A stretch of DNA of 43,584 nt from Acidobacteriota bacterium (GTDB lineage Bacteria > Acidobacteriota > UBA6911 > JACQSX01). This document shows positions 26,738 through 36,373 of the stretch, in pieces. How positions within the stretch are numbered: position 1 is the first letter of the stretch; each line of letters opens with the position of its first letter. The stretch spans positions 1 to 43,584 of the forward strand of contig DASXQR010000232.1 in the NCBI GenBank assembly GCA_036507075.1, written 5' to 3'. Both the position numbers and the translations under genes were made by a program. Under the pieces are notes generated by a model that worked only from the letters and a program-made list of their open reading frames with translations, ran no database searches and was not told where the DNA came from.

Positions 26738-28039
26738 ATGGATTCTGTAATCTTGATACTGGCTGCGCTGTTGCTGGTTTCCTTGAACGGCTTTTTCGTG
26801 GCTGCCGAGTTTGCGCTGGTGAAAGTCCGCGCCACGCGAATCGAGGAACTGATCTCGCAAGGTCGCTCTTCAGCCCGCGTCGCCAGAAAACTTCACGGAA
26901 AACTGGACGCCGCCCTTTCCGCCAGCCAACTGGGGATCACTCTGGCAAGCCTGGCGCTGGGTTGGATCGGCGAACCGGCGTTTGCCCGCTGGATTGAACA
27001 TCTGATAGGGCTGGGGCCCTGGTCTGTCGCCCTGGCTCACACCTTCAGCATCACTCTGGCTTTCCTGCTGATCACAGCCCTTCACATTGTATTTGGCGAG
27101 CAGGCGCCGAAGACGATCGGTATCCGTCATGCGGAAAAAACGATGCTTTGGGTGGCGCGGCCACTCGATTGGTTCTATCGCGCGGCTTACCCCCTGATCT
27201 GGCTGCTTAACACCGCCTCGGTGACCACTTTGAAAATGATGGGGATTTCAAAGACAGGCGACGCCGAACGAGGGCACTCGGAAGAGGAGCTGCGCATGAT
27301 TCTGGCGCAATCGCAGCGATCCGGTGTCATTACTTCCGATGAGCACCAGCTCATGGAGAGCATCTTTGATTTCGCCGATCGCACCGCCCGGCAGGTGATG
27401 GTTCCCCGCACCGATATCATTTCTCTCAGTACGGAAATGTCGTATGAGGAGAACGTCAGACTTGCCCGCGAACACGAGCACACGCGCTATCCCCTGTGCG
27501 AGAAAAACACCGATCAGATTATCGGCATGGTGAATGTGAAGGACCTGCTGTTCAACGCCGACTTAAAGGATATCCGCAGCATCCGCCGGGATATTTTGTT
27601 CGTGCCTGAAATGAAATCACTAAAGGACCTGTTGCGCGAATTTCAGAAGACCCACCTGCACATGGCCATTGTGGTCGACGAATATGGCAGCACGGCGGGT
27701 CTGGTGACCCTGGAAGACATTCTCGAAGAGTTGATCGGCGAGATACAGGACGAATTCGATCTGGAGTCGCCTAAATTCCAGCGCTTGAGCGATCGCACCT
27801 TCCGTGTCGCGGGAAATCTGCTGCTGGAAGAGCTGGAAGACAAACTTAAGATCGAAATCGAAGATGAAGAGAATGACACGGTGGCCGGATATGTAATGGC
27901 TCGGCTGGGACGTCCGGCTAAGGTTGGCGACACAGTTGAAGTGGATTCCTACATCCTGCGCGTCACGCGGGTCCAGGGGTTCCGAATCAACGAACTGGTC
28001 CTGGAAAAATCAGAATCCAAGGAAAGCCTGAAGGTATGA
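26738..28039 (+). CDS. Hemolysin-family CNNM/CBS/CorC-HlyC membrane protein (Mg/Co homeostasis type)
   Basis: LNGFFVAAEFALV, QLGITLASLALGWIGEP, GEQAPK, SEEEL, VMVPR, AIVVDEYGSTAGLVTLEDILEELIGEI. Confidence 0.93.
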   Translation: MDSVILILAALLLVSLNGFFVAAEFALVKVRATRIEELISQGRSSARVARKLHGKLDAALSASQLGITLASLALGWIGEPAFARWIEHLIGLGPWSVALAHTFSITLAFLLITALHIVFGEQAPKTIGIRHAEKTMLWVARPLDWFYRAAYPLIWLLNTASVTTLKMMGISKTGDAERGHSEEELRMILAQSQRSGVITSDEHQLMESIFDFADRTARQVMVPRTDIISLSTEMSYEENVRLAREHEHTRYPLCEKNTDQIIGMVNVKDLLFNADLKDIRSIRRDILFVPEMKSLKDLLREFQKTHLHMAIVVDEYGSTAGLVTLEDILEELIGEIQDEFDLESPKFQRLSDRTFRVAGNLLLEELEDKLKIEIEDEENDTVAGYVMARLGRPAKVGDTVEVDSYILRVTRVQGFRINELVLEKSESKESLKV

Positions 28040-28080
28040 GCGCGGCGTTCCCGTTCGCACTCCCGGATTAATTCAAAAAA

Positions 28081-28140
28081 TTTACCGCGAAGAACGCCAA
28101 GACCGCCAAGATAGCGCTCTTAGCGGTCTTTGCGGTGAAA
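28081..28140. repeat. ACCGCGAAG/CGCCAAG-family hairpin between convergent genes
   Basis: tttaccgcgaagaacgccaagaccgccaaga / tcttagcggtctttgcggtgaaa; flanked by another inverted pair ccgttcgcactcccggatt / aatccgggagtgcgaacgg. Confidence 0.88.
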
Positions 28141-28174
28141 ATGTTTGAACAATCCGGGAGTGCGAACGGGACCG

Positions 28175-28789
28175 CTAACCTTCATCGTCATCCTCATGAT
28201 GAATTCGGTGCCACTGGGCGAATCCTGCGGTTCCGGCCGGCCGCGCCACGTCCCTGGAAAACTGATCCCGAAGCATTTGTCCGTAAATGGCGGCGTCCCG
28301 TCCCAGTTTCTGCAGCCTGTCACGAACCTTGGCATTGGTCAATTTTCCTGTCGTATCGAAATCGATCGGCTGGGCAGCAGCGTTATAGGGAAGCGTCCAG
28401 CAATGCATATAGAGACAGCAATCGCGCATGTGGTTGAGCGCCGAAGTTCCAAGTGATCCACCTGTGGAAGCGATCAGACCTACTACTTTTCCCGCAAATT
28501 CTTCGTAATGGAAATCGAAGAAATTCTTGAGCGCCCCGGACATACTCCCGTGGTACTCAGGTGAGGCTATCAGGTAAGCCCCTGCAGTGTGCACCTTCCG
28601 GCGCAGTTTTGAGATTTTGTCCTCCGGACGGACTGCAATGGTGCCAAAAACCGGTAGATCGAGATCCCGCAGATCCATGGTTTCCGCTTCCGCCCCGGCC
28701 TCGCGCGCCCCCTCGGCGGCTATTCTGAGCAACTCGGCGGTTTTGCCATGACCCGAGAGGCTGCCGTTGATACAAAGTACCTTGAACAT
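28175..28789 (-). CDS. NADPH-dependent FMN reductase
   Basis: INGSL, SPEYHGSMSGALKNFFD, FAGKVVG. Start at ATG 28789; the upstream ORF extension is repeat-derived. Confidence 0.92.
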   Translation of the reverse strand: MFKVLCINGSLSGHGKTAELLRIAAEGAREAGAEAETMDLRDLDLPVFGTIAVRPEDKISKLRRKVHTAGAYLIASPEYHGSMSGALKNFFDFHYEEFAGKVVGLIASTGGSLGTSALNHMRDCCLYMHCWTLPYNAAAQPIDFDTTGKLTNAKVRDRLQKLGRDAAIYGQMLRDQFSRDVARPAGTAGFAQWHRIHHEDDDEG

Positions 28790-28863
28790 TTTCAAAAAGA
28801 CTAGAATATCAGAGGCAGCCAAGATCAACGAACATTCTTCGGAGATCGATGGGTGGGTTTTTT

Positions 28864-29076
28864 TGGCAAAGTTTTTCAAAGCCGTCCAGGTCCACGTGCA
28901 CGAGCACGTCAACGTCTACGGCTACGTTCTCGTTCAGATCGTCGGGGATTCGTAGACTGCAGAGAATTAAAGGCTGTCTAATGTTGTCGTGATCGTAGAC
29001 CTGAGACGTGGTCGTTGACGTGCTCGTGCACGTGGACCTGGACGGCTTTTTGGTTGCGGCCTACCGCTGGGCTGTG
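28864..29076 (+). repeat. CACGTG hexamer element with perfect 37-bp inverted arms and GGTTGCGGCC..GCTGTG tail
   Basis: aaagccgtccaggtccacgtgcacgagcacgtcaacg (28878-28914) / cgttgacgtgctcgtgcacgtggacctggacggcttt (29013-29049). Confidence 0.94.
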
Positions 29077-29099
29077 ACTCTTGTATCCTTGAAAAAGCT

Positions 29100-30008
29100 A
29101 TGAATTCACCGATCCTTGAACTGCAGCACGTTTGCAAGGCGTACGGGAGTTTTGTCGCTGTCGATGACCTTTCCGTTACTGTCCCGCGAGGTTCTATTTT
29201 TGGGCTGCTTGGCCCCAACGGGGCCGGCAAAAGCACCACCATCCGGATGATCATGAACATCATTGCGCCGGATAGCGGCACAATTCTGTTTCACGGGCGT
29301 CCCTGGGACGACTCGCTTCTGGACCGCACCGGCTATCTTCCTGAAGAGCGTGGGTTGTACAAGAAAATGAAGATCACCGAGCTGCTGCTGTTTCTGGCGG
29401 AAATCAAGGGCATGCAGGCAAAGAAAGCCATGCCAAACATTCTGCAATGGCTCGAGCGCATGGACCTGGCCTCGTGGAAGAATCACAAGGTCGACCAGCT
29501 TTCCAAAGGAATGCAGCAGAAAATTCAGTTCATCGTTTGTGTCGTCCACGAGCCGGATCTGCTCATTCTGGATGAACCGTTCGCAGGACTCGACCCGATC
29601 AATGTTGCTGATTTGAAGGACATCCTGCTGGATCTGAAAAAACAAGGGAAGACGATCATCCTGTCAACGCACCGTATGGACCAGGCCGAGGTGCTGTGCG
29701 ACAGCCTGTGCCTGATAAACAAATCCCGCAAGGTGCTGGAAGGAACGCTGCAGGGGATTCGCCGCCGCTACGCGCAGAACTCCGTTCTGCTGGGCGTAGG
29801 CGAACAAGCGGAACTCTACCTGCGCTCGCACCCGGGGGTTCAAAAACTGAGCCGGCGCGACGGAGACTGGGAGATCCTGCTTGATTCGTCTGTGCCCCCG
29901 TCCCTGTTCCTCAAAGACTGCGTTCAGCATTTTGACGTAGGGCATTTTGAAACGCCGCAAGCCTCGCTGGATGAGATCTTTATTCGCAGCGTCCAGGGGG
30001 ACGCATGA
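29100..30008 (+). CDS. ABC-2 type transporter ATP-binding protein (NatA/YhaQ-like)
   Basis: GPNGAGKST, GYLPEERGLY, LSKGMQQK, ILDEPF, STH. Confidence 0.94.
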   Translation: MNSPILELQHVCKAYGSFVAVDDLSVTVPRGSIFGLLGPNGAGKSTTIRMIMNIIAPDSGTILFHGRPWDDSLLDRTGYLPEERGLYKKMKITELLLFLAEIKGMQAKKAMPNILQWLERMDLASWKNHKVDQLSKGMQQKIQFIVCVVHEPDLLILDEPFAGLDPINVADLKDILLDLKKQGKTIILSTHRMDQAEVLCDSLCLINKSRKVLEGTLQGIRRRYAQNSVLLGVGEQAELYLRSHPGVQKLSRRDGDWEILLDSSVPPSLFLKDCVQHFDVGHFETPQASLDEIFIRSVQGDA

Positions 30009-31270
30009 AGAAAATCTGGTGTGTGATCAAGCGGGAATACCTGCAACGGGTGCGCTCCCGCACGTTTGTCATCATGACGGCGCTGGGGCCGCTGATCATG
30101 ATCGGATATCTGACGCTGGTGATCGGCCTGGCGCGAATGGAATCGGCTGAAACACGAAGCATCGCCATCTGGCATGCCGATCCTGCAATGGCGGATACAT
30201 TCAGCCGCAGCCTCAACCGATACAGTCGAGGCAGTGTCAAGGTCCAAAAACTGGATGCAAATCCGCTGGCTTCCGAGCAGTCAAAGAAACAACTCTTCGA
30301 TCAGTTGCGCAAGGAAAAGCTGCAAGGTTGTCTCTACATCCCTGCCGATGTTATTACCGAGGGAATGCCTGAGTACTACTCCACCACAACCAGCAACGTG
30401 GTCCAAAATCAAATCCTCGAAAACGCGCTCAATAAATCCGTGATTGAAATCCGGCTGAATCGCGAGGGCGTGGCATCGGAAAAAGTTCAGTCGGTGCTCC
30501 GGCCCACGCGCATGAAAACGGTGCGCGTGACAAAGACCGGGACGGAGCGCGACGAGAAGCAGGCGTTCATAGTCGGATTCAGTTTTGTGTTCATCCTCTA
30601 CATGGTGATCCTCATCTATGGGATTTCCATCATGCGCAGCGTGATCGAGGAGAAGTCCTCTCGTATTGTGGAGGTGATTTTGTCGTCTCTTCGTCCGATG
30701 CAGCTCATGACCGGAAAACTGCTGGGAGTGGGCGCCGTGGCGCTCACGCAGGTGGCCATCTGGGTATCCGCTTCGGCTCTGGTTTCCCTTTACGGCGCGG
30801 GCGCATATTCTTCTCTGGCCGGACCGGGCGCAAAGCCGCAGCTCAGCTTTCCACTCCCGATTCTCGGCTACTTCATTCTGTTTTTTGTGCTCGGATTCTT
30901 CCTGTACTCGACGCTGTACGCGGCGGTCGGATCTCTGGTCAACAGCGACCAGGAGGCGCAGCACTACCAGATGCCCGTGTTGATAAGCATCATTTTGGCC
31001 ATGGTGTTCGTGAACTTTATTATCAAGAACCCCAACAGCCACATTTCTGTGGCGCTGTCGCTCTTTCCCATGTTCAGCCCTATTCTGATGTTCATGCGGA
31101 TCGTGATCCAGACTCCGCCCGCCTGGCAAATTGCGCTTGCCGTCCTTTTCATGCTGTTAGGAATCTGGATAGCGCTTTGGATTAGCTCGAAGATTTACCG
31201 TGTCGGTATCCTGATGTATGGAAAACCGCCCACACTGCCCGAAATCATTCGCTGGCTGCGTTATTCTTAA
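30005..31270 (+). CDS. ABC-2 type permease (NatB/YhaP-like)
   Basis: KREYLQRVR, SVIEEKSSRIVEVILSS, GKLLG, SKIYRVGILMYGK; ATGA overlap with the ATPase. Confidence 0.92.
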   Translation: MKKIWCVIKREYLQRVRSRTFVIMTALGPLIMIGYLTLVIGLARMESAETRSIAIWHADPAMADTFSRSLNRYSRGSVKVQKLDANPLASEQSKKQLFDQLRKEKLQGCLYIPADVITEGMPEYYSTTTSNVVQNQILENALNKSVIEIRLNREGVASEKVQSVLRPTRMKTVRVTKTGTERDEKQAFIVGFSFVFILYMVILIYGISIMRSVIEEKSSRIVEVILSSLRPMQLMTGKLLGVGAVALTQVAIWVSASALVSLYGAGAYSSLAGPGAKPQLSFPLPILGYFILFFVLGFFLYSTLYAAVGSLVNSDQEAQHYQMPVLISIILAMVFVNFIIKNPNSHISVALSLFPMFSPILMFMRIVIQTPPAWQIALAVLFMLLGIWIALWISSKIYRVGILMYGKPPTLPEIIRWLRYS

Positions 31271-31335
31271 CCCGGATTGAACTGATGAGTTGTCCGGGCC
31301 AGTACCTGATTGCATACATTCGCGTATGAGTTTGG

Positions 31336-31486
31336 ACCACAAAGGCACAAAGGACACAAAGCGAGACGAGGGCAGGCAGAGTCCGTCAGCTCCCATAACA
31401 CGCTGCCATATTTTGACTTTTGGAGCTGACCGGACTCTGCCTGCCCCTGGTCTGACTTTGTGCCCTTTGTGCCTTTGTGGTGAAAA
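31336..31486. repeat. CACCACAAAG-family element filled with the GGGCAGGCAGAG inner hairpin (inverted relative to the 19070 copy)
   Basis: Reverse complement aligns end to end with 19070-19227. Confidence 0.94.
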
Positions 31487-31532
31487 TTCTTGCTCGAATT
31501 TTTGGAATTGAGTACTACCAAGGGGAGAACCA

Positions 31533-32597
31533 ATGATTCGCACGATCGAGTGGACAGATGAAGGTGTCACGATGATCGACCAGCGGCGGCTGCCGAATGA
31601 GGAGGTCTACAACGTTTACCAGACTCCCGAGCAGGTGGCCGAAGCCATCCAGACGATGGTGATTCGAGGCGCTCCCGCGATCGGAGTAGCCGCCGCCATG
31701 GGGATCGCCCTCGGAATGAAGAATCTGCACAATGTTTCCGGGATCGAATTGGAACAAAAGTTTGATGAGATTTGCGAAGTGCTGCGCCGCACTCGTCCTA
31801 CGGCGGTGAACCTGTTTTGGGGCATCGAACGAATGCGCCGGGTTTTCGGCCGCTTCAAAAATCGCCCGCTGGCTGAAATCAAGGACCGGCTGACCCGGGA
31901 AGCGCTCGAAATCTGCCGCGAAGATATCGAGATTAACCGGCGCATGGGTGAACACGGGCAGGTGTTGCTGCCTGACGGCGGCACCGTCCTGACGCACTGC
32001 AATGCCGGCGCCCTGGCGACCGCGGGTTTTGGCACCGCTCTGGGCGTGATTCGAGCGGCGGTCAACTCGGGAAAATCGATCCGCGTACTTGCCGACGAGA
32101 CGCGACCCTTCCTCCAGGGAGCCAGGCTGACCGCCTGGGAACTGATGAAAGACGACATCCCGGTGACTCTGATAACCGACAATATGGCCGGCTACTTCAT
32201 GCAGTCCGGAAAAGTCCAGGCCGCCATCGTGGGGGCCGACCGGATTGCCGCCAATGGCGATGTAGCAAACAAAATCGGCACCTATTCTGTCGCCATCCTG
32301 GCTCGCGCCCACGGACTTCCATTCTACGTAGCGGCGCCGATGTCCACCATTGACTTTGACACGCCTGACGGGGCCGCCATTCCGATAGAGCAGCGCAACC
32401 CGACCGAGGTGCTTCAATTGGGCGGAACATCGATCGCTCCAGAAGATGCGCAGGCATTCAATCCGGCCTTCGACGTCACTCCCGCAGAATACGTCTCGGC
32501 CATCATCACGGAAAACGGCGTGGCGCGGGCACCCTATCGTGAATCCCTGCAGGCGCTGAGGGCAGTTTCGGATTGGCGATTGGCAATTGACGATTGA
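31533..32597 (+). CDS. mtnA: S-methyl-5-thioribose-1-phosphate isomerase
   Basis: [70 protein letters not shown]. Confidence 0.96.
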   Translation: MIRTIEWTDEGVTMIDQRRLPNEEVYNVYQTPEQVAEAIQTMVIRGAPAIGVAAAMGIALGMKNLHNVSGIELEQKFDEICEVLRRTRPTAVNLFWGIERMRRVFGRFKNRPLAEIKDRLTREALEICREDIEINRRMGEHGQVLLPDGGTVLTHCNAGALATAGFGTALGVIRAAVNSGKSIRVLADETRPFLQGARLTAWELMKDDIPVTLITDNMAGYFMQSGKVQAAIVGADRIAANGDVANKIGTYSVAILARAHGLPFYVAAPMSTIDFDTPDGAAIPIEQRNPTEVLQLGGTSIAPEDAQAFNPAFDVTPAEYVSAIITENGVARAPYRESLQALRAVSDWRLAIDD

Positions 32598-32602
32598 CGA
32601 AT
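32571..32602 (+). repeat. GATTGGC/GATTGAC heptamer run forming the end of mtnA
   Basis: gattggc gattggc aattgac gattgac. Confidence 0.75.
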
Positions 32603-32610
32603 TTGCCTAA

Positions 32611-33648
32611 ATGAGAGTCCTGGCAATTGAAACCAGTTGTGATGAAACAGCAGCCGCTGTTGTGGAGGATCGTAATCAGGTCCTTTCCAATGTAATCAGC
32701 AGCCAGATCAAGCTGCATGCGCCTTACGGAGGAGTGGTTCCGGAATTGGCGTCGCGCGAGCACATCCGGCAAATCTCCCCGATTGTGCGCGAGGCGCTCG
32801 CTCAGGCCGGCGTTGATTTAAGATCCATTGACGGGCTTGCCGTAACACAGGGCCCCGGGTTGATCGGATCGTTGCTGGTCGGTGTTTCCTTTGCTAAGAC
32901 TCTAGCCTACTCGTTGAACAGGCCTGTAGTGGGCATCAACCACCTCGAGGGCCATCTCTTCTCGCCGCTGATAGAGCATCCCCACGTGGAATTCCCCGCC
33001 CTGGGCCTGATTGTTTCGGGCGGACACACCAGTCTCTACTGGATGGCGCAGATGGAGCGGTACAAACTCATCGCCCAGACTCGAGACGACGCGGCGGGTG
33101 AAGCTCTCGATAAGCTGTCCAAAGCCCTGGGCCTGGGTTATCCCGGGGGCCCGCTAATCGACCGCCTTGCGCCAGACGGCAATCCCGGCGCGTTCCCGTT
33201 CTCTTTTCCCAAAATCAGTAATGGCACTTTGGATTTTAGTTTCAGCGGATTCAAGACGGCCGCTCTGCGCTACATCCAGCAACGTAGCCTTCCGCGATCG
33301 AACCAACCGGACAATGTCAGCCCTGCCGTGCTGGATCTGATCGCCAGTTATCAGGCCGCGATCGTGCGCACGCTGGCGCGCAGGACCGAGCAGGCGTCGC
33401 GCAGGTTTGAGGCGCGCAGCATTCTACTCACCGGCGGGGTGGCCTGCAATTCCCTGCTCCGAAAGACATTCACAGAGACCTTTGAGCCCCGCGGAATTTC
33501 CGTCTACTACCCTGCCCCGGCCTACACCACCGACAATGCCGCCATGATCGGTGTGGCCGCATTTCCGAAACTGGAGCAGCGCCGGCAGTCTGATCTTTCA
33601 CTTACGGCCGATGCAAATCTTCAACTGGAATCGCGCGCAGAAGATTGA
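32611..33648 (+). CDS. tsaD: tRNA N6-threonylcarbamoyladenosine transferase
   Basis: IETSCDET, GGVVPELASREH, GPGLIGSL, NHLEGH, VSGGHT, DDAAGEA, FSFSG, GGVACN, TDNAAMI. Confidence 0.97.
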   Translation: MRVLAIETSCDETAAAVVEDRNQVLSNVISSQIKLHAPYGGVVPELASREHIRQISPIVREALAQAGVDLRSIDGLAVTQGPGLIGSLLVGVSFAKTLAYSLNRPVVGINHLEGHLFSPLIEHPHVEFPALGLIVSGGHTSLYWMAQMERYKLIAQTRDDAAGEALDKLSKALGLGYPGGPLIDRLAPDGNPGAFPFSFPKISNGTLDFSFSGFKTAALRYIQQRSLPRSNQPDNVSPAVLDLIASYQAAIVRTLARRTEQASRRFEARSILLTGGVACNSLLRKTFTETFEPRGISVYYPAPAYTTDNAAMIGVAAFPKLEQRRQSDLSLTADANLQLESRAED

Positions 33649-33877
33649 GTTTTATCGCGAATATCTGGACGCGGTTTTCCCGATGCTCGAAGGGGAGCGA
33701 CCGCCGGAGGCCTTAATTTCCGCCTGCCGGCGCTTCCTCCGGCGCCACACCGGGATTGAACTGATGGGGGATGCCGGCCTCAGAAATGTGGGGACCCATT
33801 TTGCAGGCGATCATGATCGCGTCCGGCTCAGTCGGTTTCTGCTGGACGGGCTAAGGGAGAAGCTGGACAAAAAATGA
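33611..33877 (+). CDS. Small hypothetical protein or 3' gene fragment (up to 88 aa) overlapping the tsaD end
   Basis: Coding-like codon usage (GC-rich third positions) from about 33645; the nearest upstream ATG lies inside tsaD. Confidence 0.35.
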   Translation: MQIFNWNRAQKIEFYREYLDAVFPMLEGERPPEALISACRRFLRRHTGIELMGDAGLRNVGTHFAGDHDRVRLSRFLLDGLREKLDKK

Positions 33878-33969
33878 CTCCCAGGGGCGTGAGCCCCCCG
33901 TCCCTGTTCAGAGCCCGAGCGCAGCGGACCCGCCCTGACTGACACTTCTGTGCGCTGGATAACAACCTG

Positions 33970-34224
33970 GCAACTTCTTGTTTTTTCGACAAGTTTCAGA
34001 AAAGACTAAAGCCGATCACGTCAACGTCGACGTTTAAGGTTTACGTCCACGTGCACGTCAATGTCCACCTCGCACGTCCTAATGCCGGTTGAAGCATTCA
34101 GAGCTTGAATGCCTTGGTCAAAAGAGGCAGATTTACGACTTTTTTTCGTGGCCGTCGACCTAGTCGTTGACGTCTACCGTTGACGTGCACGTGCCCGTCC
34201 TCGGCTTTTCCTTTGGTTCCGGCC
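33970..34224 (+). repeat. Degenerate CACGTG hexamer element
   Basis: aaagccgatcacgtcaacgtcgac..cacgtgcacgtcaa / ttgacgtgcacgtg..cggcttttcctttggttccggcc. Confidence 0.82.
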
Positions 34225-34307
34225 GTATTCCAGACTCGCCCTGGAGGGTCGCGCACTTCGTTCGCGCTTTGAGATGGCGAACTCCCCCCGCGGCTTTCTT
34301 CGCATTC

Positions 34308-35291
34308 CTACAAATACTCGATGTCCTTGGCGAACCATTCGGCCACTGCCCGTGAATCGCGGCGCCGGCGTTGCTTTAGCTCGCGCCTGAGAGCGAAATA
34401 TCTGCGACGGTGACGCCACACGTAAGATAAGGCAGGCAAGCTGGATCTTTCCAAAAGCAGCATGTAAGCGAGAATTCCGGCATCCCTGACCGTGATGGGA
34501 ACAAGGTGGCGAAGGTAAGTGGGCCCGTCCAGATTCTTGATGCGCATCAGAAAGCGATTTTTTACCGAGTGATAGTTAATCTCGGGAGGTAGAGCTCTTC
34601 TTCGCTCCTGCGTGACTCGCCGCTCGTGCCAGGCGATCGCTTTCGGCCAATAGAGAAAATTCCATCCGAGCCTCTGTCCCCGCCAGCTCACATCGGCATC
34701 TTCGCGATAAGCAAAGAAAGCCTTGTCAAAGAAATCGCCGCCCTGGCGCACGTCATTGATAAACTCCCGGCGATAAAGCACGCCCGCTCCGGTCGCGCCA
34801 AAAACATAACCCGGTTGATCGTACTGCCCGCGATCCGCTTCTCCCGCGCCGCGGTCGAAATGGCGTTGTCCGGACCGCAGAATCATTCCGGCAGAATCAA
34901 TAATTGCAGAACGGAGGCCGCTGCTCAGACGCAGCAGTTTTCCGCAGACGCCGCCGATGCGACTGTCAAGATGCGCCCCTTCGAGCAACCCTTCCAGGAA
35001 TCGTGAGGACAGTTCCATGTCCGGGTTAAGCACCAGAACATAACGCGAGTTGCAGCGGTCGATCACCTCGTTGTGGGCGGCACAGAAACCGAGATTATCG
35101 CGATGCTCCACCAGCTCTACATCGAAGGAACGCGCATTCTGCAGCGTCTCATCTGTGGAAGCATTGTCTGTGACAATCACCTTGAAATCCCGGAAAGTCT
35201 GGGCCGCAAGGCTCTGCAGGCATCCGGCAATCGTGCGGCCGCTCTGATAAGTGACAATGCTCACCAGCACTGCCGGTGTTTCGGGCCTCAA
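34308..35291 (-). CDS. Glycosyltransferase family 2
   Basis: VSIVTYQS, VTDNASTD, NLGFCAAHN, LVLNPD, FFAYREDADVSWR; TTG start overlapping the upstream TGA, with GGAG upstream. Confidence 0.9.
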   Translation of the reverse strand: MRPETPAVLVSIVTYQSGRTIAGCLQSLAAQTFRDFKVIVTDNASTDETLQNARSFDVELVEHRDNLGFCAAHNEVIDRCNSRYVLVLNPDMELSSRFLEGLLEGAHLDSRIGGVCGKLLRLSSGLRSAIIDSAGMILRSGQRHFDRGAGEADRGQYDQPGYVFGATGAGVLYRREFINDVRQGGDFFDKAFFAYREDADVSWRGQRLGWNFLYWPKAIAWHERRVTQERRRALPPEINYHSVKNRFLMRIKNLDGPTYLRHLVPITVRDAGILAYMLLLERSSLPALSYVWRHRRRYFALRRELKQRRRRDSRAVAEWFAKDIEYL

Positions 35292-36229
35292 TTCAAAACT
35301 CCACGCACCAGGTTTCCCACCAGCGTCGCTGTTTTCAGGATTGCGGCCGCCGCCGAGCCGTGATGCTTTTTGAAATAGCGGACCATATTGCCGTAATAGA
35401 TGCGATGAAACCGCCTGGGCGACATCATTTGGAGACTGTATCCTCCCAGATGATAAAAGACAGAGCCGGGTTCGTAGAGAATTCTCAGACCGCGGTCCCG
35501 CATCCTCTTGCACAAATCGACGTCTTCAAACCATGCCGGGTAAAACGCTTCGTCAAAACCGCCCAGCGCTTTAAACACAGAGCGGCGGACCATGAGACAA
35601 GCGCCTGGGGCCTGTTCGATTTCGCCCCGCGTGGGTGAAGATGGTTTTCGCCGGCGCAGTATCTCGTCCACAAATAGAACATCGGATATTGCCGATGCAA
35701 GCGTCGGCAATGGGCGGATGAGGTTCGCTGGTTCCCGATTTACTGCAGGCGTCGTCTCTTCCAGCGGCTTGAGCTTTCCTGCGGCGGCGCCGGCCTGCGG
35801 ATCTCGTTGCAAAGCGGCCAGCATGGCGTCAGGGCTTTGAGGATCTGCGAACCGAATGTCAGGGTTGAGAAAAAGAAGGAAATCGCGCGTCGCGACAGAC
35901 GCACCGTCATTGGCTGCGCCCGCAAAGCCGCGATTTGACCCGTTCCTCAGCAATCGCCACCCGGCGGACTCAGTTGAATTCCCAAGCCCGCAATTGTCGC
36001 CTGTTTTCGCGCCGCCCGTCGCCAGACCGCATTCCCGCCGCGCCCCGTCGCAACTTTCGAGCGCCTGTGTCACGCTGTTATCAGTGGAGGCGTTGTCAAC
36101 GACCACCACTTGATAACCGCTGGAAATACTTTGCAGGCACTGTTTGAGATGCGCGCCGGAATTCCAGTTAACGATCACAACAGTACATGCATTCCGGGAA
36201 TCCGACGCATTGTCGCGTTCGGTTATCAC
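35288..36229 (-). CDS. Glycosyltransferase family 2 (rhamnosyltransferase/WbbL-like)
   Basis: VIVNWNS, VVDNASTD, NRGFAGAAN, LFLNPD, GACLMVRR, GGFDEAFYPAWFEDVDLC. Confidence 0.92.
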   Translation of the reverse strand: MITERDNASDSRNACTVVIVNWNSGAHLKQCLQSISSGYQVVVVDNASTDNSVTQALESCDGARRECGLATGGAKTGDNCGLGNSTESAGWRLLRNGSNRGFAGAANDGASVATRDFLLFLNPDIRFADPQSPDAMLAALQRDPQAGAAAGKLKPLEETTPAVNREPANLIRPLPTLASAISDVLFVDEILRRRKPSSPTRGEIEQAPGACLMVRRSVFKALGGFDEAFYPAWFEDVDLCKRMRDRGLRILYEPGSVFYHLGGYSLQMMSPRRFHRIYYGNMVRYFKKHHGSAAAAILKTATLVGNLVRGVLN

Positions 36230-36373
36230 TTGATGCTTCTGTTATGATGGTACTGGATTTGTTGAGGTTGGGTTCTCGTCACCACATCTTTTCACGTCAG
36301 CGTTGCAGCCGGAGACTAACACGGGGCTGTTACAGTGGCAACCCATGTTCGAATGCTGCACAGCACGCAGGTT

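Noticed and set aside
34270..34312. Fluoride-riboswitch-like start (gagatggcgaactc)
   Set aside because: The 3' GCTGATGAC..pseudoknot half is missing and no gene follows on that strand.
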